A stretch of 54,744 nucleotides of DNA from Anaerovibrio sp. Lineage in GTDB: Bacteria > Bacillota > Negativicutes > Selenomonadales > Selenomonadaceae. Below, one piece after another: positions 47,405 to 54,744 of the stretch (position 1 is its first letter; each line of letters starts with the position of its first letter). Under the pieces are notes generated by a model, which had not been told where the DNA came from, searched no databases, and saw only the letters and a list, made by a program, of their open reading frames with translations. Made by a program: the position numbers and the translations under genes. The stretch covers positions 1-54,744 of the forward strand of contig JBJDWY010000043.1 of assembly GCA_051866255.1 (NCBI GenBank), read 5' to 3'.

Positions 47405-48453
47405 TAATCAGCCTTGCTGCCAAAGCTGTAATTACGCTTCACAATCAAATAGACAAATACCGGCGCACCTATTAAGGATATAATCAAGCCTACCGGAATT
47501 TCCGTCCGTTCCAGCAGGCTCCGCGCCAGTGCATCCGCCCCCACCATGAGAATTGCCCCGGACAAGGCAGCTATCGGCAACAGCCTGCGATGGGATGATC
47601 CTATAAACAGCCTCGCTATATGCGGAATAATCAGTCCCACGAAGCCAATCATGCCGGCAGCATAAACCAAGAAGCCGATAATCAGAGCACTGACTACCAG
47701 ATATATCTGACGGAAGACCTTCAGATCACGCCCCAGGGTAATAGCCTCGGCATCTCCCAGCAGCATCAAATCCAATACGGAGCTCTGAGTCCAGAAAAAT
47801 ATTGTCCCCAGAACCGTCACCAGGAAAATCATCCCCATGTCCTCCCACTTTGCCCCGGCGCAGCTTCCCATCAGCTGAAAAACCACTGACTGTGCCCCGT
47901 CCTTGTTATTGGCAAAATAAAAGATAAAGCTTGATACGGACGAGCAGGCCGTAGATAATGCCATACCTGCCAGCAAAAGACGCACTGAGTCTGCCGTCCC
48001 CCGGATATTTGCCACTAAAAGTACCAGCACCGATACCCCAAAGGCACCTAGGAACGCACAAATCCCTACAAAATTGCTGCCCAGCCACACACCGATACCC
48101 AGCAGTACAGCAGCAGAGGTTCCAAGGGAAGCCCCGGAGGATACCCCCAGAATATACGGATCTGCCAGGGGATTTCTGACAATGGCCTGCATAATCACGC
48201 CGCAAACTGCCAGCCCCATACCTGCACAGACCGCCAGCAAAAGCCGTGGCAAACGCAACAGCCAGACAATATCATGAGGTGCTCCCTGCAAGGGAGCCAT
48301 AATAGGCAGCGGACTGCACAAGCCATCCACAATTGTCTGATAAATTACGGCATAGCTCAGCTTCGCCGAACCAAGCCCCAGTGAAATAAATAATTCCACG
48401 CATAGACACAAAAACAAAAAAAGCAACACCATGCCGGTTCGACAGTACTTCAT
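47404..48453 (-). CDS. FecCD/BtuC family permease
   Basis: LRLPR, QAIVRNPLADPYILGVSSGA and GFVGLIIPHIAR. Confidence 0.92.
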   Translation of the reverse strand: MKYCRTGMVLLFLFLCLCVELFISLGLGSAKLSYAVIYQTIVDGLCSPLPIMAPLQGAPHDIVWLLRLPRLLLAVCAGMGLAVCGVIMQAIVRNPLADPYILGVSSGASLGTSAAVLLGIGVWLGSNFVGICAFLGAFGVSVLVLLVANIRGTADSVRLLLAGMALSTACSSVSSFIFYFANNKDGAQSVVFQLMGSCAGAKWEDMGMIFLVTVLGTIFFWTQSSVLDLMLLGDAEAITLGRDLKVFRQIYLVVSALIIGFLVYAAGMIGFVGLIIPHIARLFIGSSHRRLLPIAALSGAILMVGADALARSLLERTEIPVGLIISLIGAPVFVYLIVKRNYSFGSKAD

Positions 48454-49484
48454 TCCGGCAGCCTCCCTTCGTACAAATCAGGATAAAGCCCTCCTGCCAT
48501 CCGGCAAATTCCATCATAAGTTCTAGTCGCACTACCGTACACCATATATAACGGAATCACATATATGCGCCTGCCGCGAATGGCGGCCACTCCCTGCAGG
48601 GCAGGATTTGCCAGCATATCTGCCGCTATTTCATCCGCATACCGGTACATGGACTCGCTGACTACCAGGAAAATTACCTCCGGATCTGCCTCAATAAGCT
48701 GCTCATAACTGGCAGAGCTGCCCAATGCCACCAGTTCCCCGTTGACATGGCGCAGAATATCACCAGCCAGGGAATTTTCACCATAAACCAAAAACTGCAT
48801 CCCCTGCTTCTCCAGAATTGCCGTGCGTGGCTTTGGCTGTCCCCTGGTATTGGACTGCACAAAATCGATTTCCTGGCGCATACGGGCCACCAGGCCTTCT
48901 GCCTGTGCCTCCCGGCCAAAAATACGCCCAAAATCAAGGATATAATTATACTCATCCTCTATGCGGCGCACCTGTCCCCTGCCAATGGAGGAATATGGCA
49001 TATAGGTGCGTATGCCCCGTCCCTGCCAGAATTCTGTCGTTTTCGTCACTCGCTCCGTAAAGGTGGAGGCCCAGCCTGCAATCAGCTCAGGTTCCAGCAT
49101 GAGCATATTTTCCACTCCCGGCATCTCCATCTGTCGCACAGGAATCTTTCTGTACGCCTCCCTGTATTCAGGCCGCAGGCACTCCTCAAAGGGAACACCT
49201 ACAGCGGCCACAATTCTGTCACCTGCCCCCAGCGCCAAGATGGTTTCCACATTATTCTGCCAGATAGCAACCACCCTGCGAGGCGGAGCGGCAAACACCT
49301 CCGCTACTTTTTCACCTTGGGAATTATAGTTGATTATTTCCACCCCTTTGTCTGAGGCTTCCTCTGGCATATCCTGTTCCCCGCCCCCGGCAAAAAGGCA
49401 GCCGGAGCAGACAAATACGAGCACCAAAAGCAGGCAGATAAAAATCTGCCTGCCGCCATCATATATTCTATTTAGAAAGTGCAT
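48450..49484 (-). CDS. Class III substrate-binding protein (BtuF-like)
   Basis: Hydrophobic N-terminus, PRRVVA, E.ILALG.GDRIV and EQLIEADPEVI. Confidence 0.85.
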   Translation of the reverse strand: MHFLNRIYDGGRQIFICLLLVLVFVCSGCLFAGGGEQDMPEEASDKGVEIINYNSQGEKVAEVFAAPPRRVVAIWQNNVETILALGAGDRIVAAVGVPFEECLRPEYREAYRKIPVRQMEMPGVENMLMLEPELIAGWASTFTERVTKTTEFWQGRGIRTYMPYSSIGRGQVRRIEDEYNYILDFGRIFGREAQAEGLVARMRQEIDFVQSNTRGQPKPRTAILEKQGMQFLVYGENSLAGDILRHVNGELVALGSSASYEQLIEADPEVIFLVVSESMYRYADEIAADMLANPALQGVAAIRGRRIYVIPLYMVYGSATRTYDGICRMAGGLYPDLYEGRLPE

Positions 49485-51710
49485 TTTGCCCCCAACATGA
49501 AGCTGCGCCCTGCCTCCGGCAAAGCACCCGGCCCATAAGATGCAACTGCCTTTGTCTCATAGGCAGTATTCAGCAAATTATATGCATTCAGATAGATCTT
49601 CCACTGCTTGGACAAAGTATAGCTCAGAGCCATATCCAGCGTACCGAAGCTACTGCTAGTAAAGTACCTAGTATCATTGCCGGAATAGATAGTATACGAC
49701 AAATCCCCAAACCAGCGGTCCTTGTCATAGGATACATTCAGCCTGTAGGTATTGCGCGGACGGAAAGAATTAATCAGCGCATCAGTGGTTGTTCCATCTG
49801 GATTCAAAATCACATTCTTAGCAGAGAAATTTTCTTTTACCCAGCTATAGGAAGCCCCAAATTTCCACACATCATCAAAGTCATGAGTATATCCCACATT
49901 CATGGAACGCTTAATCCGAGAGGCATTTACTGCCCTTGTCTGCCACTTGCTGGTAAGTTCATTGTAAATACTGTACCTGCCGATAGCATTGTCCATATCA
50001 GTCAGCCCAAAGTTGATTTCACCATAATCCCGCGGACTGAATTGGCGGCTGATGCCTGCGTTGTAGCTCCAGCCTGTCTCATCCTCCAGCACATCATTGG
50101 CGTATTGGCGGCTGCGGTCAAGCCCCGTTACCGGCTTGAAAATCTGGCTGGCAGAAACATATGCATTCGTAGCATCGTCAAAGTCATAGCTGGAATACAG
50201 GGAAGCCGTCAGCCTGCTGCTTCCCGGTACATTATTGCCATTGTAGGTACCATTAGCATAATGAGTATAAATCAAGCCTGGTGTAAAGGCAAATTTCTTG
50301 CTGATCTGGATTTTATCCTGCAAGTACAAATTCCAGAGATTGCGCTCCGCATCATATCTATCGGATGAATCCCAGCCATCATAGCTGTCCTGCCTGTATT
50401 CAAAGCCGCCTGTCAGGCTGTGCCTACCAATATGCCGGGCAAGCTGCACCGCGCCGCCCACTGAACGCTCAATGTCCGTATGAGCATTAACTTTATCCTT
50501 GGCTGCAGCAATAAATTCATGCAAATTTGTCCACGGTACATTCCAGATACTGGAATAATCCTTCATATCATAGCGTGTGTAATTGCTGTACAGGCGCACA
50601 TAGCTTTCCGCATCCTCGTCTGTTTTGTCAAACACATACTTTGCAGATACGTTGTTTGTCAGGGTTTCGCCATAGGAGCCCAGTATGGCATCATACAAGA
50701 ATATATTGCGATAGCCTGGATAGCTGCTGCTCAAGCCTGTATAGCGATGATATTTACTAGAAGCAGGGTCATTATCAATCGCAGCCATCGTGCCATTGTA
50801 AAAATCTTCCATATAACGATAGTTCGGTGCCGTTATCGGATAATGGGCTTTTTCATAGGCGTGGGTGAAATTCAGGGAAATGCTGCGCTTGTCATCCAGC
50901 TGCTTCTTGATGTTGATGGCAGCATTGTCCTTGTCGTAGCTGGTATTTCGGAATTTCTCTGTATTGCCGGTGTAATCATCCTTGTATTTGGTATCACCGC
51001 TCTGCTCGTGGCTTAAAGAGAAGGAATACTCCAGCGTCCCTTCATCAGCAGTGCCGGTATGAGTCAGTGCCATACGGTGATGATCCCAAGAACCTGTTGC
51101 CAGATCCAGGGTAGTGCGCGGTTCCTTGCTGCCCCGCCTGGTGGTGATGGAAATAACGCCACCTGCCGCATTGGCACCATAAATAGCCGCACCGCTTCCC
51201 TTGATGACCTCTATCTGCTCTATATTGTCAATCCCCGGCAGGGTGGCCAGATTGACACTTGCCTTGCTTCCGGCAAATGCACTGGCATCATTGCTTATTC
51301 TGTTGCCATCTACCACGACCACGATGTTGTTTTCACCATTGATGGATAATTCACTGCTAAAACTATCGTAGCCATACTCACCGCCATGATAGCCCGGGGT
51401 GGCAATGCGTACACCTGGCACACGCTTAAGTGCCTCAGCTACATCAGCGTAATTGTGCTTTTCAATATCTTCCCTGGTAATAACATTCACATCACCGCCG
51501 GTAGTATAGGGGTTGCGGACGATATTGCCCCCCCCGAACAATTGTATCATCAAAAGTATATACATCCAGATTTTCCTCCTGCTGCGCCTCGGAAGCATTT
51601 TCCCTGACCTCTGCTTCCTCCGCCCAAGCATGAGAGCTCCCCATCAGCATACATGCCACTGTCAATGACAGCATCTTCCTGCGCTTTCCACTAACCATTT
51701 TCATCAGCAT
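49472..51710 (-). pseudogene. TonB-dependent outer-membrane receptor (BtuB-like), split by one extra base at a G8 tract
   Basis: Signal-peptide ORF 51492-51710 and plug/barrel ORF 49472-51631 (VITREDIE..ALKRVPGV, IEQIEVIKGSGAAIYGANAAGGVISI, C-terminal F) differ in frame by 1 nt at C8 51528-51535. Could be phase variation or a sequencing error. Confidence 0.8.
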
Positions 51711-51744
51711 AAAGCTCCTTCCTGTACAAAAAACAAACCATTTT

Positions 51745-52023
51745 CTACAACCCCAGCATTTCCCTGGCCCTTTTTTTCATCCTTGTCCTGTCATGCTCCC
51801 TGCACTGCTGACAATGAGCCAAATCCTGCCTATCCCGCGATCCACAGGTCCGGCAATAAAAATCATGGGCAAATTCAGTCACCAGATCGCTTATTTTCTG
51901 TTCCTCCCACAAATGCCTCACTGCCAGGCGCAACCTTGCCATGTCCGAAATGCTGTCCTCCTGGAGAAAACTCTCCAATACCTGATGATCCCCTTGCTGC
52001 ATCACCCTCACCTCAACATTCAC
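51745..52023 (-). CDS. Small hypothetical protein with two CxxC motifs
   Basis: CRTC...CQQC. First ORF after the riboswitch, on the same strand as the operon. Confidence 0.5.
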   Translation of the reverse strand: MNVEVRVMQQGDHQVLESFLQEDSISDMARLRLAVRHLWEEQKISDLVTEFAHDFYCRTCGSRDRQDLAHCQQCREHDRTRMKKRAREMLGL

Positions 52024-52154
52024 CTTTGATACACTTTTTCACCTTGCACCGGCCTGGGAAGCTTTTCCCGGAAACTAAAAAAGCCAATCACGAGCAAATA
52101 CGCAATCGGCTGGACACAGGCAAAAACGCAGGAGCATACTAGCTCTGTCGCAAC

Positions 52155-52188
52155 AAAAAAGGAGTCCTTCCACAAAAAGAAAGACTCC
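52155..52188 (-). terminator. Intrinsic terminator of the riboswitch expression platform
   Basis: GGAGTCTTTC/GAAGGACTCC followed by T6. Confidence 0.75.
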
Positions 52189-52257
52189 CCCTGTATCGTC
52201 AATCTCCTTCCCATCGCTCGTGGGTACAGCAGGGATCACTCCCTGCCAACGGTGATT

Positions 52258-52440
52258 CATGATCGGCAGTTCTCCTGGCTTAGGTTCATCATATCAACGC
52301 GCCTTCCCGGGACGTGCCCAGTGACCTAACTAATGCGTCATACTCCCCTTACAGTGGCGGGACCGCTCCGGACTCACACCGGTATTCCCTATTAAACCTT
52401 GCAACAAAAGCACTTCGCTGCAAAGGTACCGCTCACGATA
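52258..52440 (-). ncRNA. Cobalamin (B12) riboswitch
   Basis: AATAGGGAATACCGGTG..AGTCCGG.GCGGTCCCGCCACTGT..GTCACTG..GGGAAGG..AGCCAGGAGAACTGCC (B12 box). Confidence 0.93.
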
Positions 52441-52465
52441 TATTAAATTTCAAATCCGATTTTAT

Positions 52466-52493
52466 ACTATACCAAAATGCATAATGGTGTCAA
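52466..52493 (-). promoter_or_regulatory. Putative sigmaA promoter of the B12 operon
   Basis: TTGACA-N16-TATAGT with extended -10 TG. Confidence 0.6.
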
Positions 52494-52516
52494 GAACATT
52501 TAACAATAATTCTCCC

Positions 52517-54238
52517 TTACTGCAGCAGGCTCAGAACCCCGGAGCTGTTCTGGTTTGCCTGAGCCAGCATAGACTGCGCCGCCTGCAGCAGCACATTGTT
52601 CTTGGTGTATTCTGTCATTTCCTTGGCCATATCCGCATCACGGATGACAGACTCTGCACTGACGGTGTTTTCGCTGGCGGTAGTCAGATTTGCCTGAGTA
52701 TATTTCAGCCTGCTTTCAATGGCGCCTATGTTGGTCTGCTGGTCAAGCACCTTTTCAATGGCATTGTCAAGGATGGTCATTGCCTGCTTTGCCTTGACAC
52801 GGGTACCCACGCTGAGATTTGTACCATTGTCCGCCTTCAGCCCCAGTCCTTCGGCACTGATGCTGCCAAAGGCGGAATTGATTACCTGATTGGCCCTGGT
52901 GCCAACCTGGAATTTCAGCCCTTCACCCTTCTGGAAATCAGGCCACTTGACGGTCAGGCCGTTTATAAGGGTTGAGTTGGCACTCGGATAATACCAGAAT
53001 TTGGTATTCAGGCCTTCCAGTACAGTGCCTTTATCATCACGCACCTCTCCCTGATTGGCATCCGCGCCAAGAATGGAGCCCACATCAGGGTTATCCAGGT
53101 CTATGCCGCATTTATCCAGCAGAAAGGCCTTTGTATTCCCTGCTGCCGTCTTAGCCCCATTGAAAGAATCTATCATATTCTGCAATGTACTAAACCTGCC
53201 GCCAGTAGCGGACTGCACCGCCTTATCCACATTTCCTTCATACTGTACCAGCCCCTGCATAAAGGATTGTACACTGCCACTGCCGCATTGCTTATTCATA
53301 TAGCGCAAAAAAGCATAACCACCGGCATAAGCATCCTCACCGGACAAGCCCGTTGATAAAGCTGCTAAATTTTCCAGCCTTGACCTTCTGTTATCATCTA
53401 TGCCGTGAGTAACCTCTGCAAAGCCTTCTACAATGAATAAAGGCACATTATCCATATTTTTGACATTAGCCGCCATCACAGCATGTGTAAGCTCATGGGC
53501 AATAACACGATCAAGATACTGACTGCCAGTTGATGGTGAAGAACCATTAGGATCACTCTCATCCATATCATCATAATAATGCATGTTAACAGTCAAAGTA
53601 AGCTTATCCGTCACACCGCCAACAGCTCTGTGAGTTACATACGCCAAACGGTCATTAGCTCCTTCATCCTTCAACACTACTTCCATTTCGTTGACACTGG
53701 CCCTGCCATCGGTGAAGTTAATACCATAGGCATCCTGTATCATTTCAAAGCTTGCCTTGAGCCATTCTGAATTTAATGCCTTGATGATGGTATCCTGCAC
53801 GGATTTGCTGATATCTGCCCCGCCATCAAAAATTCTTATGCCGTTAAAGGTGACATTGGCATTATCTGAAATCTGGTCAATAGCCTGGTCCATTTCCTTT
53901 TGGATGGTTGCCCTGTCAATGTCTGTATTGGTATCATTGGCAGCATTAATCGCTTTTTCCTTTAACGTTTTCAATATCTCTACTGTAGATGAGGCCGCTC
54001 CCTCTGCCGTCTGCAGCAGGCTGCCTGCATTCTGGGCATTGGCATTTGCCTGATCCAGTGCCCTGATCTGCACCCGCATTTTTTCAGATATGGAAAAACC
54101 GGAAGCATCATCAGCAGCACTGTTCAGCTTCATCCCCGAAGCAACCTTTTTCAAGCTTTTGGACAGTGCCTTGCTGTTTTTATTCATTTTATTCAATGTC
54201 TGCTTTGCAGTCATATTATTTTTTACTACCATTGCCAT
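52517..54238 (-). CDS. Flagellin with inserted gluzincin metallopeptidase domain (flagellinolysin type)
   Basis: Flagellin N- and C-termini like the 15530-16828 gene. Central DRVIAHELTH-x18-EGFAE motif. Confidence 0.9.
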   Translation of the reverse strand: MAMVVKNNMTAKQTLNKMNKNSKALSKSLKKVASGMKLNSAADDASGFSISEKMRVQIRALDQANANAQNAGSLLQTAEGAASSTVEILKTLKEKAINAANDTNTDIDRATIQKEMDQAIDQISDNANVTFNGIRIFDGGADISKSVQDTIIKALNSEWLKASFEMIQDAYGINFTDGRASVNEMEVVLKDEGANDRLAYVTHRAVGGVTDKLTLTVNMHYYDDMDESDPNGSSPSTGSQYLDRVIAHELTHAVMAANVKNMDNVPLFIVEGFAEVTHGIDDNRRSRLENLAALSTGLSGEDAYAGGYAFLRYMNKQCGSGSVQSFMQGLVQYEGNVDKAVQSATGGRFSTLQNMIDSFNGAKTAAGNTKAFLLDKCGIDLDNPDVGSILGADANQGEVRDDKGTVLEGLNTKFWYYPSANSTLINGLTVKWPDFQKGEGLKFQVGTRANQVINSAFGSISAEGLGLKADNGTNLSVGTRVKAKQAMTILDNAIEKVLDQQTNIGAIESRLKYTQANLTTASENTVSAESVIRDADMAKEMTEYTKNNVLLQAAQSMLAQANQNSSGVLSLLQ

Positions 54239-54313
54239 TACACAATATCCCTCCCTGGAAAATCTATAATATTCAATCCCTTAATACGCTAAAGCATGAT
54301 GTTGTCAAAGAAT

Positions 54314-54340
54314 TTATCGGAAACTCTCTCCCTATTGTTA
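54314..54340 (-). promoter_or_regulatory. Putative sigma28 promoter of the flagellinolysin gene
   Basis: TAAC-N15-TCCGATAA. Confidence 0.6.
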
Positions 54341-54342
54341 AA

Positions 54343-54674
54343 TTTCAGTTTGTCGTAGTGCTTGATCGTTACTTTGTGCACATACTGATGATGTAGTTTG
54401 ATAATTCGTGAACTCTGTTCAGACATTTAAAAGGGACAGGTAGCGGCAGTACCCATAGAAAACTCGCTCTCGCTCTTAGCACAGCCTCGCGCTTCTAAGC
54501 TCCTGCGTCGCTTACGCTCGCACTCGCTAAGAAGCGAGGCTGCACTCAAGGTTTTCTTTGGGTACATGCCGCACCTGTCCCTCTTTGTGTCTGAACAGAT
54601 ATGCACATAGTTATCAACTATACTCTGCTGTACGCTACTAAGGTAATCAATCTAACTTTACGAAAAAGCTGAAA
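54343..54674 (-). repeat. Intergenic rod-shaped palindromic element, copy B (core 54414-54599)
   Basis: TCTGTTCAGACA/TGTCTGAACAGA, a 23-bp stem with two bulges, further inner and outer imperfect stems, and an 18-nt motif identical to copy A in reverse orientation. Confidence 0.82.
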
Positions 54675-54744
54675 AGGGGGAGCCGGGAAGCTGACGAGAC
54701 CTGATACTACCAACTACTATGCAAGACAATCTGCTATTATGAGC

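Noticed and set aside
49472-51631. 719-aa ORF as an intact receptor starting MLGRRKQR
   Set aside because: The N-terminus is out-of-frame sequence. The real signal peptide and ribosome-binding site belong to the 51710 start.
52020-52260. Small ORFs 52020-52214 and 52075-52260
   Set aside because: They overlap the riboswitch expression platform and terminator, with no coding evidence.
1-54744. CRISPR arrays, tRNA/rRNA genes, transposases, integrases and prophage genes
   Set aside because: None recognised. No regularly spaced repeats or matching protein motifs were seen by eye.

Overview
Chromosomal window from a motile diderm Firmicute, most likely Selenomonadaceae (Negativicutes). The evidence is Selenomonas-type flagellins starting MAMVVKNN, a fold-III lysine/ornithine decarboxylase, a TonB-dependent receptor and a Bacillus-like comF-yvyF-flgM-flgN-flgKL-yviE-fliW-csrA order. 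Almost all genes are on the minus strand. Positions 1-19.5 kb hold a flagellin and a large modification island: several GT2/TPR enzymes, a TPR protein, a Thr-type alkaline-phosphatase-superfamily enzyme, two LicD proteins, a TibC/Aah-like heptosyltransferase, a GT41 OGT/SPINDLY-like enzyme and a LicC(-LicA) gene running off the left edge. Positions 19.5-31.5 kb are late flagellar genes, including a 1095-aa FliD with four internal repeats. Positions 31.5-46.5 kb are housekeeping and regulatory genes. Positions 46.6-52.4 kb are a cobalamin-riboswitch uptake operon whose TonB receptor is frameshifted at a G8 tract. Positions 52.5-54.2 kb encode a second flagellin with a HExxH gluzincin insert (flagellinolysin type). 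The most notable signals are: (1) a putative sigma28-driven cytoplasmic cassette combining phosphocholine, heptose and GT41 modification enzymes; (2) two related long intergenic hairpins whose stems differ but whose junctions and GA-rich mini-hairpins are conserved; (3) a structured leader in front of ldc. All calls come from motif recognition by eye, with no database searches.
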